DNA of 64,000 nucleotides from the human T2T-CHM13v2.0 reference genome, Homo sapiens. The notes below the pieces were generated by a model that was not told the DNA's origin, searched no databases, and worked only from the letters and a program-made list of their open reading frames with translations. Shown piece by piece: positions 44,263 to 56,656 of this stretch; within the stretch, counting starts at the first letter, position 1; every line of letters begins with the position of its first letter. Location of the stretch: NCBI RefSeq assembly GCF_009914755.1, contig NC_060947.1; one strand, written 5' to 3'. Made by a program: the position numbers and the translations under genes.

Positions 44263-44772
44263 ATTTTCTCAGGGACTTTATTGTTTTTGAGATATACTTA
44301 CAGTGCAAACCTTTCTTACTCTAAGGTATGCTTAAGGATTAAAGCTGGAGGTGTGTTTGAGGTGGAAAAGTAGAGTGAGGGCTTCAGAGTTGGATGGAGA
44401 TTGGGTCAGAACACTAGTTCTGGCTGTTTTATCTGTATGGTCTTATGCAAGTCACTTATACTCTCTGAGCCTTTTTTTCATCTGTAAAATGTTGTAAACA
44501 ATTTCTTTCCCTTTAAGGGGTAAGATACAAGAATTTCAATAAGATGACTAATATTAGATATTTAGCACTGTGCTTCCTGGCACTTTGAAGATGCCCAATT
44601 CATGTGAGTTTCCTTTTTTCTTGCTCCTTCCTCATCCTCTCTAGCATTTCTCTCAAGTTTTCTTCCTTTTGACAATGTCGAGCTTGTGTACGCAATATTC
44701 TTGCATAGTTCTTCTTAAGTAGAGGCCTGGGTTTTAAAATTAGGAGCTTGGATCACGTGATCTTTAAGTTTA

Positions 44773-45175
44773 TGTATTTGGCTGTTGTTGCATTATTACA
44801 AAGGAATACCTGAGACTGGGTAATTTATAAAGAAAAGAGGTCTAATTGACTCATGGTCCTTTGGGCTGTATAAGTATGGTGGTGGCATCTGCTTGGCTTC
44901 TGGGGAGGCTCAGGGAGCTTTTACTCATGGAGGAAGGAAAAGTGGGAGCAAGCAGGTCACATGGCAAGAGCAGGAGCAAGAGAAGGGAGTGAGAGGTGCC
45001 ACACGCTTTTAAACAACCAGATCTTGCAAGAGCTTACTATAGCAAGGACAGCATGAAGCCATGAAGGATCCGCCCCCATGACCCAAACACCTCCCACCAG
45101 GCCCTACCTCTAACATTGGGGATTATTACATTTCAACATGAGATTTGGGCAGGGACAAATATCCAAACCATGTCA
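44773..45175 (-). mobile_element. MSTB-like solo LTR
   Basis: TGTATT..AAGGAATACCTGAGACTGGGTAATTTATAAAGAAAAGAGG..CCAAACCATGTCA; perfect TSD GTTTA. Confidence 0.93.
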
Positions 45176-45799
45176 GTTTAGTTCCAACATTTTAAAGTTC
45201 TAACATTTGGCGATTCAATGCATTAGAGCACACTGCATGATTAATTCTTATCTCATTAGTATTCTCACTATTATCACCTTGGTTTTAATGAGCTACATTG
45301 GCTATCCCAGTGCTCTGTGTATTCAGATCTTTCTGGTAATTAGAAGAATTACATGAAGAGAGTCTTTTGGGACAGTTTCAGGACCAATGGCACAAAATGA
45401 TATTTCTTTGTTGTCAGTTTCTTGTGAGGGAAGCACTGATCCTCTATCTTTAAAGGAAGAATTCCTACTACATGAAGGACATTAAATGAGAATATTTAAG
45501 TATTTTATATATTATACATTAGCTTTCTCTCCCTAACTAGACTGCGAGCTTTTTGTTGGGGTGAATGGTCTCTCCTATTTCTTGCAGGACCATTTTCTTA
45601 TTGATTGATTAACTCTAAAACCCCTGTGACCAACCATCACCATTAGAATCACACAGATACACACACAGACACAGGCACAGACACAAACTTTGGTTAATTG
45701 ACGTTATAGCAGCTCAGTCAGTTGGCTGCTGTGTGTACTGATAGATCTTACAGATGATTTGGGAATCACTTTGTATGCTCTGTACTTCCAAAATATCTC

Positions 45800-46461
<662 letters not shown>

Positions 46462-47600
46462 ATCTAAATTTGGTATTGGCACTTGTGTAATTATCTAGTT
46501 ACTAGACAATCAGTTAAGCAAATCACTCACTGCTGTAATTCATTAGCTGTTCATATGGAAGAGTTAGCTATACATAAGCGAATACGCACAAAGTGACGTT
46601 GACTTTCTCCTAAATAATTATTCAAGAATATTAAGTGTTCACAGGCTCCACATTGTCAAAAGGAAGAAAACATTTTCAGACCTCTTATAAGGTTTGTAGA
46701 ATGAGGACTTGTTAAATTTGGCTATTCCCAGTTGGATGGTCACTTGGGGGTGGTTTAAGTTTTTAACTTTTAATTCCTGTTTTCTATTCAAATTTTCTTT
46801 GTATTTTAAACTTTTTTTTCCTGAGCACCGATTTGCTATGTTATGACTAGTTTTCAGAGATGAAGCTCTTCTGTTTCATTTAGGTTGAAAAGTTGCTGTT
46901 TGAAGCTGTTTTATGTGAATTTTGCCCCCTCTTTTAGAGCAAATAAGTTTTGTTTATTTATTTCAAGGGAACTATTTTTCAGAAAAATGATTCCCTGCAG
47001 GTTTGTGATGGTTTTAATACATCTATAAACAAGGCCATTTCCCCAGAACTGCCATTGTCACTTGAGAGAATTTTTTATTTGTCTCCACTCAAACCTATAC
47101 TGTATTTGAAAATAATAGATTTTTATTTTATTTTATCTATTCAAATCTCACTTTAAGCTGTATTTACTCATTTCCAAGCACCTTGGAAAATTTGACAGTA
47201 GGTACCCAGAGCTGTAAGAGACTACCTGCTCTGAGCTTTATTTGGTGTTTTCCACTTTTGTTTGCAAGAAGAAAAGATGTTTATACACTGGGTCTCTGAC
47301 TGTTTCCCAACATAAGAGCCTCTCATGTCTTAGCTTGGTTCCACTCTAAACAAAATATTCTTGAGAAGGCATCCATGCCCATAATGCCTTCAGTTGCATT
47401 ACTGATTGCCTCCTCTCTGGAGGAGAATGAGGCTTTTTAAACAAGAGCTGCTCGTAGTGAGGACCGTTCTATGTGATTGGTAAAGTAGTCACTACTGGTT
47501 CATGAGGAGATAAGTTAAAAATCGAGAGTAAGCATCTAAAAGCCGACATTACAAATATATCCAAGTACATATTCACTGAACTCATCTCGAATAGGCCATA

Positions 47601-47851
47601 CACCTGCACTGTTCAGTATAGTAGTCATTAGCTGCATGTGGCTAATTAGCATTTGAAATGTAGCTACTCTGAATTGAGATACCTGTAAATGTAAATTGAA
47701 CATTGGATTTTAAAGATTTAGTGTGATAAAAGAAATATAAAATATCTCATTGATAATATTCTTACATGTTGTGATGATAATATTTTTCATATACTGGGAT
47801 AAATAAAATGTAATATCAAAATCGAGGTCACTTGTTTCTTTTCACTTTTTT
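47601..47851. mobile_element. MER33 DNA transposon, left part
   Basis: CTGCACTGTTCAGTATAGTAGTCATTAGCTGCATGTGGCTA..AAAATATCTCATT..CACTTGTTTCTTTTCACTTTTTT. Confidence 0.85.
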
Positions 47852-47854
47852 TCC

Positions 47855-49260
47855 CCTTGAAATAGACTGTATGTTTTAGTGCAGTATTAGGTTCACCATA
47901 AAAATGAGCAGAAAGTACAAAGTGTTCCCATAAACCTGCTGCCCCCATACATGCACAACCTCTCTTACTATCAATATCTGCTGCTACAATGGTACATTTG
48001 TTACAACTGATATACTGACACATCATTATCATCCTGTATTAGGCCGTTCTTGTATTGCTATAAAGAAATATCTGAGACTGGGTAATTTATAAAGAAAATA
48101 GGTTTAATTGGTTCATGGTTCCACAGGCTTTGCATGAAGCATGATGCTGTCACCTGCTCGGTCTCTGGGGAGGCCTCAGGAAACTTACGATCATGGTGGA
48201 AGGCGAAGGGGGAGCAATGGTGGGGGGACAGGTGCTGCACACTTTTAAACAACCAGATCTTGTGACAACTCACTCACCATCATGAGAACAGGATGAAAAG
48301 GATGGTGCTAAGCCATTCATGAGAAATCCATCCCCATAACCCAATCACCTTCCACCAGGCCCCACTTCCAACATTGGGGATTACAATTGAATATGAGATT
48401 TGGGTGGGGACACAGATCCAAACCATATCACATGCAAAGTCTATAGTTTACATTAGGGTTCACTCTTGGTTTTGTACATTCTGTGGGTTTGGACAAATAT
48501 ATAGTGACATGTATTCACCATTGTAGTATCATACAGATACTGCCCTAAAACTTCTCTGGACTCCACCAATTCATTCCTTCCTCCCCTCACCTCCTGGCAA
48601 CCACTAATCATTTTACTGTCACCATAGTTTTGCCTTTTCCAGAATGTCATGTAGTTGGAATTATATATTAGTTAGTCTTTTCAGATTCGTTTCTTTCACA
48701 TAGTAATATGCATTTATGCTTCCTCCATGTCTTTTTATGGCTGTATAGCTCATTTTTTTAGCACTGAAAAATATTTCATTGTCTGGATGTATCACAGTTT
48801 ATTTATTCATTCACCTATTGAAGGACATATTGGTTGCTTCCAAGTTTTGACAATTATGAATAAAGCTGTTATAAACATCTGTGTGCAGGTTTTTGCATGG
48901 ACATTAAGTTTTCAACTCATTTGGGTAAATACCAAGTAATGTGGTTACTGGACTGTATGGAAAGAGGATGTTTAGTTTTGTAAGAAGCTGCCAAACTCTC
49001 TTCTAAAGTGGCTGCCTTCTTTTACATTCTCACCAGCAATGAATGACAGTTCCTTTTGCTCCACATCCTTGTCAGAATTTGATGTTGTCAATGTGTTGGA
49101 TTCTGGCCATTCTAATAGGCATGTGTTGATATCTTATTCTATTTTAATTTGCAGTTCCCCAGTGACATGATGTGAGCATCTTGGTATCTTTTCATATACT
49201 TATTTACCATCTGTATATCTTCTTTGGTGAGGTATCTGTCCATGTCTTTTGCCCATTTTA
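47855..49260 (-). mobile_element. L1MC1-like 3' end (left part of host L1)
   Basis: TAGGTTCAC..GAGCAGAAAGTACA..GGTACATTTGTTACAA..TTTACATTAGGGTTCACTCTTGG. Confidence 0.88.
48035..48430 (-). mobile_element. MSTA-like solo LTR inside L1MC1
   Basis: TGTATTAGGCCGTTCTTG..GGGACACAGATCCAAACCATATCA; TSD CATCC/CATGC. Confidence 0.93.
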
Positions 49261-49682
49261 TTTACTTATTTATTCGAATAACCAAAAAACAAGTTTTTAT
49301 TTCTTACTTCTATAAGTATAGCTTATTTTCTTGTGAGGGAATAGATCCATGCAGCTTAGCCACAATTCATGTGTGGAAGCCCTCTTTTCTTGTCATGAGG
49401 ATATAATGACTGTTGCATGGTGATGCCAAAGACATCTGCCAGAACAGAATTTTCCTGAGGATTTTCATGGCAACACCTAGGCTGCAACTGATTAATTTTC
49501 ATAGCATTTTCTCCAAAATTTTGTTCTTCATTAAAATTTTCTTAGTGATGTAAGAAGAAAATTGCCTTTGCATTATGGCAAAGACAGTAAAAAGTAGTAA
49601 AAACTTTGTAGGCATCCCAGTATATTTTATTTAAAAATGAACTAGATGTTTATGCATGTCATGCTACATTAATAATTTTCGT
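49261..49682 (-). other. L1 3'-transduced sequence with second polyA signal and tail
   Basis: Non-L1 DNA between the L1 A tail (~49683-49693) and a degenerate tail (TTTACTTATTTATT, 49261-49274), antisense AATAAA at ~49296, all inside TSD CTTTTGCCCATTTTA. Confidence 0.8.
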
Positions 49683-51101
49683 TCTTCTTTTTTTCAAAAT
49701 AATTTCAACTTCTATTCTAGATTCAAGAGGTATATGTGCAGGTTTGTTACCTGGATATATTGCATGATGCTGAGGATTTAAGCATGATTGATCCTGTCAC
49801 CCAGGTACTGAGCAAAGTACTCAATAATTAGTTTTCCAGCCCTAGCCCCCTCCCTCTCTCCTCCCTCTAGTAGTCCCCAGTGTCAATTGTCACCATCTTT
49901 ATGTCCATGAGTACCTATTGTTTAGCTCCCACTAATAAGTGATAACATGCGATATTTGGTTTTCTGTTCTTGCGTTAATTTTCTTAGGATACTGGTCTTC
50001 AGCAGCAACCATGTTGCTGCAAAGGACGTGATTTCATTCTTTTATATGGCTGTGTAGTATTCCATGGTGTATAGGCACCACATTTTCTTGATCCAATCCA
50101 CTGTTGATGGGCACATAGGTTGATTCCATGTCTTTGCTATTTTGAATAGTGCTATGATGAACATATGAGTGCATGTGTCTTTTTGGTAGAACAATTTATT
50201 TCCTTTTGGATATATGCCCAGTAATGGGATTCTGTTAAATGGTCAAATGGCAGTACTGTTTTAAATTTTTTGAAAAATCTACAGACTGCTTTCCACAGTG
50301 GCTGAATTAATTTACATTCCCACCAACAGTGTATAAGTGTTCACTTTTTCCATAGCCTCACCAGTATCTGTTATTTTTTGACTTTTTAATAATAGGCATT
50401 TTGACTGGTGCAAGATGGTATCTCATTGTGGTTTTGATTTCTGTTTCTCTGATGGTTAGTGGTGTTGAGCATTTTTTCATATGTTTGTTGGCTGCTTGTG
50501 TCTTCTTTTGAGAAGTGTCTGTTTCTGTCTTATGCCCATTTTTTAATGGGGTTCTTTGCATTTTTCTTGTTGAATTGTTTAAATTCCTTACAGATTCTGG
50601 AGTAGAATCTTCAGACAGATAAAACCTTTGCCAGATGCATAGTTTGCAAATATTTTTTCCCATTCTGTAGTTTGTCTGTTTACTCTGTTGGCAGTTTCTT
50701 TTGCTGTACAGAAGCTTCTTTAGTTTAATTAGATGTGTACGGGCCTTATTTCTGGGATCCCTATTCTGTTCCATTGGTATATGGAACTGAAAAGTGTCTG
50801 CTTTTGTCCCAGTACCATTTTGTTCTTGTTACTGTAGCCTTGTAGTATAGTTTGAAGGTGGGTAATGTGATGCCTCTGGCTTTATTCTTTTTGCCTAGGA
50901 TTACTTTGGCTATTCAGGCTCTTTTTTTGTTCCATGCGAATTTTAGAATAGTTTTTTCTAGTTCTGTGAAAAATGATGCTTGTACCTTGATAGGAAGTGT
51001 TGAATCTATAGATTGCTTTAGACAGTATGGGCAGTTTAATGATATTGATTTTTCTAATCCATGAGCATGGGATTTTTTTTCATTTGTTTGTATGTATCAT
51101 A

Positions 51102-51148
<47 letters not shown>

Positions 51149-53781
51149 AGACGGAGTCTCGCTCTGTCGCCTCATATATGCTTTTTTGAGCAGTGTTTTG
51201 TAGTTCTTCTTGCAGAGATCTTTCACCTCCTTGGTTAGATGTATTCCTAGGTATTTTGGTGGGGGGCTATTGTAAATGGGATTGCATTCTTGATTTGGCT
51301 CTCAGTTTGAACACTATTGGTGTATGGAAATGCTACTGATTTTTGTACATTGATTTTGTACGTTGAACCTTTACCGAAGTCATTTATCAGTTCCAGGAGC
51401 CTTTTGGTAGAGTCTAGGGTATTCTAGGTATAGAATCATATCATCCATGAAGATAATTTGACCTATTTTCCTATTTGGATGACTTTTCTTTCTTTCTCTT
51501 GCCTGATTGCTCTGACAAGAACTTGTACTATGTTAAATAGAGGTGGTGAGAGTGGTGAGAGTGGGCATCCTTCTGTTATTTCAGTTCATAAGGGGAATGC
51601 TTCTGTTTTTTGCCCATTCAGTACAATGTTGGCTATGGGTTTGCCATAGATGGCTCTTATTATTTTGAGGTATTTTCTTTTAGTGCCTAGTTTCTTAAGG
51701 GTTTTTTTCATGAAGGGTTGTTGGATTTTATCAAAAGCTTTTTCTGCAAATATTGAGATGATCATATGATTTTTGTTTATAATTCTGTTTATATGGTAAA
51801 TCATATTTATTGATTTGCATATGTTGAACCAACCTTGCATCCCAGGAATAAAGAATGCTTGATCATAGTGAATTAAGTTTTTAATGTGCTGCTGGATTTG
51901 GTTTGCTAGTATTTTGTTTAGGATTTTTGTGTCTATGTTCATCAGGGATATTGGCCTGTAGTTTTCTTTTTTCAGTGTGTCTTTGCCAGGTTTTGGTATC
52001 AGGGTGTTGCTGGCTTTGTAGAAAGTGTAGGAAGGAGTCCTTCCCCCTCTATTTTTTGGCATAGTTTCAGTAGAATTGGTACCAGCTATTCTTTGTATGT
52101 CTGGTAGAATTCGGCTGTGAATCCATCTGGTCAGGGTTTTTTTTTGGTTGGTAGGTTTTTTATTACTGATTGAATTTTGGAACTTTATATTGGTCTGTTC
52201 AGGGTTTCAATTTCTTCCTAATTTAATCTTGGGAGATTGTGTGTTTCCAGGAATTTGCCCATTTCCTCTTGATTTTTTAGTGTGTGTGCATAGAGGTGTT
52301 CATAATAGTCTCTGAAGGTCTTTTGTATTTTTGTGGGATCAGTTGTAATGTCACCTTTGTCATTTCTGATTGTGCTTATTTGGATCTTCCCTCTTGTTTT
52401 CTTTGTTAATCTAGCTAGTCATCTATCAATCTTGTTTACTCTTTCAAATGACCAACTTTTGGCTTCATTGATTCTTTGGGTCTTTCATTGGATGTTTGGG
52501 TCTTAGTTTTGTTCAGTTCTGCTCTGATTTTAGTTATTTTTTTTTCTTCTTCTAGCTTTGGGGTTAGTTTGCTCTTGTTGTTCTAGTTCCTTTAGGTGTG
52601 ACATTAGATCATTAATTTGAAATCTTTCTAACTTTTTGAAGTAGGCATTTAGCCCTATATACTTTCCTCTGAACGCTGCTTTTGCTACATCCCAAAGATT
52701 TTGGTATGTTGTGTCTCTTTTCATTTATTTCAAATAATTTCTTGATTTCTGCCTTAATTTTATTGTTTACCCAACAGTCGTTCATAAGCAATTGTTTAAT
52801 TTCCATGTTATTGTGTGGGTTTGAGAGATCTTCTTGGTGTTGATTTCTATTTTTATTCCACTGTGGTCCAAGAGTATGGTTGGTATGATTTTGAGTTTTT
52901 TTTTTTAATTTATTGAAACTTGCTCTATGGCCAAGCATGTGGTCATTCTTGGAGTATGTTCCATATGCAGATGAGAAGAATGTATATTTTATGGTTGATG
53001 GCTGGAGTATTCTGTAGATGTCTATTAGGTTCAATTGGTCAAGTGTCAAAGTTATGTCCAGAATTTCTTTGTTAGTTTTCTGCCTCAGTGATCTGTCTAA
53101 TGCTGTCAGTGAGGTGTTGGAAGTCCCTCACTATTTTTGTGTTGCTGTCTAAGTCTTTTTGTAGGTTTGGAAGTACTGGTTTTATGAATCTGGGTGCTCC
53201 AATGCTGGGTATGTATGTATTTAGGACAGTTAAGTCTTCTTGTCGAATTGAACCCTTTATCATCATGTGATGTCCTTCTTTGTCCTTTTTTACTTGTTAG
53301 TTTAAAGTCTGTTTCATCTGATGTAAGAAGAGTGACTCCTGCTATTTTTTTGTGCTCCATTTGTGTGATAGATCTTTCTCTCATCCTTTACTTTGAGCCT
53401 ATGGATGTCTTACATGTGAGATGAATCTCTTGAGGACAGCAGATGAATGGGTCTTATTTTTGTAATCCAACTTACCATTCTGTGCCTTTTACATGGGGCA
53501 TTTAGAACATTTACATTCAAGGTTAATATTGATATGTGAAGTTTTAATCCTGTCATGAAGTTGTTATCTGGTTGCTTTGTAGATTGCATTGTGTGGTTGT
53601 TTTATAGGATCTGTGGGCTATGTGCTCAAGTGTGTTTTTATGGTAGCAGATATTGTTTCGTTTTCATGTTTAGAACTTTCTTAAGGATCTCCTGTAAGGT
53701 TGGTCTAACATTAATGAATTTCCTTAGCACTTACTTATCTGGAAAACATTTACTTCTCCTTCCCTTATGAAGCTTAGCTTG
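49683..53781 (-). mobile_element. L1PA16-like, ~4.1 kb, 5'-truncated in ORF1, with an internal deletion near 50733
   Basis: ORF2 fragments [37 protein letters not shown] (51586-52062), YQNLWD, LIDIYRIL, MIKGSI; L1PA16-type 3'UTR. Confidence 0.95.
51108..51171 (-). mobile_element. Extremely 5'-truncated AluY-type insertion (24 bp + T40)
   Basis: T40-GAGACGGAGTCTCGCTCTGTCGCC flanked by TCATATATGC at 51097 and 51172. Confidence 0.92.
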
Positions 53782-54562
53782 CTTTTGCCCATTTTAAAAT
53801 CAGTGTGTCTGTTTTCTCATTGTTGAGTTTTAAGAGTTCTTTGTATATTTTTGATGTTAATAAGTTCTTTATCAGATCTATCTTTTGCAAATATTTTCTC
53901 CAAATCTGTGGCTTTTCTATTATTCTCTTGACAGTGTCTTTTGCAGAGCAGAAAAATTTGATTTTAATGAAGTCTGGCCTATCAAGTATTTCTTTCATGG
54001 ATCATACCTTTGGTGTTATATCTAAAAAGTCATCACTATGCACTAGGTTATCTAGATTTTCTCTTATATTATTTTCTAGAAGTTTTATTTTATATTTTTA
54101 TTTATGATCTAGTTTGGATTAATTTTGATGAAGTGTGTAAAGTCTATGTCCAGATTTATGTTTTTGTATGTGATTTCCAGTTCTAGCACCATTTGTTAAA
54201 AAGAATGCCTTTGCTTTATTTTATTGCCTTTATTCCTTTGTCAAAGATTAGTTGACTATATTTATGTGGGTCTCTTTCTGGGTTCTCTATTTTGTTCCAT
54301 TGATCTATTTATCTATTCTTTTGCCTATAGCACACTGTCTTGATTATTCTAGCTTTATAGTAAGTCTTGAAGTCAGGTAGTGTGAGTCTGCCAACTTTGT
54401 TCTACTCCTTCAATATTTTGTTGACTTTTCTGGGTCTTTTGGCTCTCCATGTATACTTTAGAGTCAGTTTTCTTTGTATCCACAAAATAATAGATTTTGA
54501 TGGGGATTGGGTTGAATCTATAGATTAAGTTAGGAATAACTGACATCTTGACAATATTGAGT
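53782..54562 (-). mobile_element. Right part of host L1MC1 (ORF2 3' region)
   Basis: Resumes after the TSD; ORF 53774-53998 FIKIKFFCSAKDTVKR..KIYKELLKLN..KWAK. Confidence 0.88.
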
Positions 54563-54567
54563 GGTCA

Positions 54568-54650
54568 TCTTTTTACTTTTTTAATGTGGCTATGAGAAAA
54601 TTAAAAATTATGTATGCGGTTCAACTTATATTTCATTTTAACAGTGTGGG
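54568..54650. mobile_element. MER33 right part
   Basis: TCTTTTTACTTTTTTAATGTGGCTA.GAGAAAATTAAAAATTA..ATATTTC..ACAGTG. Confidence 0.8.
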
Positions 54651-54922
54651 TATAGACCACTCTGGGTGCTGTTTACAAGTAGTTTGAGAAGCACTGCTGT
54701 CTACACCCTGGTGCCATTATGGCATCTTGTTAGGTAAAGCAAGAACTGGTCACTTCTGGTAGTTTTTCTTGTTTCTGATTATTATTTACTCTAAATACCT
54801 TCTAGGATCATTGGCACCTTCTCGGGGTTTGTCCCCAAGTCACCTAACATCACAGAGTTAGCATATCTCACTGAAGTCAGTCAAACTTGCATAAATTGGG
54901 TGTTATTTACCCTAAAGGACAC

Positions 54923-54950
54923 TGTGTGTGTGTATGTGTGTGTGTGTGTG
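54923..54950. repeat. (TG)n microsatellite
   Basis: TGTGTGTGTGTATGTGTGTGTGTGTGTG. Confidence 0.9.
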
Positions 54951-56376
54951 TTCAAAAGCATTAATCTTCCCAGCTCCCATGGAGTTACTTACATCTGCTC
55001 TGGGGCCCTGTTTGAGATTGTGGACACTTTACCTCTGTGGCTACTGTTTTCCTGACCTTAAGCTTGTGTGATCAGTTCATCGTTATCTCCAGATTCAACA
55101 TATTGATGGGCAAATCTACCCCCTCCTCTCAAACTGAGCTCCAGTATAGCCTTCTCTGAGAAACTGCTCCACCCCTTGCCCTGAGCTGGATGTTCTCTCA
55201 CATGACTTCCCATAATACCTGCTCCTTTTCCTAAATCTGAACATTTACCTGGTTACGTAGTAAATGTGGTCTAGTAAGCCTTCCTCACTTGACATCCCTA
55301 GAGTACAGGGAGTTCGCTTTATTCGTCTTAGTAACGATAGTATCTAGACAATTCGATGCATAATGTAACACTTTACAATATCCCTCAGATTGAAGCTGCA
55401 ATGAGTTTTAAAAAGAAGTCAGTAATGTATTTTGGGTGGCCAGAGTCATTCATCTAATCAGCAAATATTTTTTGGCTATTTCCTTTGCAGAATGCTGTTC
55501 TGGGTAATTTAGAGGGGATATGGTCCCTCCTCTCTAAAGAAGCCACATCAGTTATCCTTCTCTGTCATTCAGCCTCCAAATCCCCTTCTCATGTGTGAAG
55601 TCTCACTTTATGAGACTTAGTGGTGAGAAGGATCCACCTCCCATTAGGAAAACTTAAAATGCCAGATCCTCATGTTTACAACTTCTTTGCAGCTAAAGCA
55701 TGGGCACTTGACTGAGGTTTGACAACTCAGATATATTCCTTCCGCATTGGACCTGGGAGCAGTGGCTCAAAGAAGCAGGCACTGTGGGGAACCTTTGGAT
55801 TCCCAAGGAGCAGTGTCAGTGGTACAGTGGCAGTATCTGGCGTTTTTGGGTGGTAGCAGTGAAATCCTCTCTGGTTTGTAGAGGGGAGGTATTGGATATT
55901 GTTTTCAGCTGAGTTCTCCAGATCTTTTGGCATTTCTGTGAGCCACCAAATATCCTTTTGATGAATTCCTTTTCGGTATAAATTAGTCAGAATTAGTTTC
56001 TGTTGCTGACCACTAAATATATTGACTTATTGGGGATAATAAGAAATAAATACATGAAAAGTGATATGACAATTGAAAATCCCAGTACAGAAAATGTCAC
56101 AAAAGTGGCAGATTCAGTGAAAAATGAACCATGTGAGAAATATGCTATTATTGAAAAGGTAATGGACTCAGCAAGTTGCTTCAATAATCTGAGAGGCTTC
56201 ACAGAGGAGGTGGCCTTGCCTTAGGCTTGGAGAGTGGGCTGGGCACATGGATAGACTCACTGCTGTGAAAAATATGAGTGAAGTAAAAGATGTGCATCCA
56301 GTCATAAAGTAGATTTGATCATAAAGGAACTACAGAAAACATCAAAGTAGAAAAGGCCAATATTTACTTGAAAGGA

Positions 56377-56555
56377 GGCTTGCCAGATTTAGCAAATAAC
56401 AGGATGCCCCGTTAAATTTGAGTTTCAGATAATGCATAATTTTTAAGTGCATTTCCCTAATATATGTTTTATAGTTTTTATGAGTTATTACATAATTTAG
56501 AAATTTATGATTAAATTTTTTAGCATAAGTGAACACTTATTTTATCTGATGACTC
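56377..56555. mobile_element. MER53 hAT MITE
   Basis: TTGCCAGATTTAGCAAATAA..GGATGCCC.GTTAAATTTGA.TTTCAGATAA..ACTTATTTTATCTG. Confidence 0.8.
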
Positions 56556-56656
56556 TACCTGAAAGGGGATAGAGAACTTGAGTAGAAGAGCCTGGAATTA
56601 CCAAAAGAAAATTTCTAGGACTAGTGAATTTGAGCTCAGCTTTAAAGGAGATTTGG

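Noticed and set aside
49275-49682. Processed pseudogene interpretation of the unique insert
   Set aside because: No ORF or recognisable mRNA; it shares a single TSD with the adjacent L1, so a transduction explains it better.
51586-52062. 158-aa ORF with RT-like sequence
   Set aside because: Fragment of a decayed L1 ORF2, surrounded by stops and frameshifts; not a host gene or active element.
56003-56224. 73-aa ORF with protein-like composition
   Set aside because: Non-ATG start, no recognisable domain, no splice context; consistent with chance in A-rich DNA.
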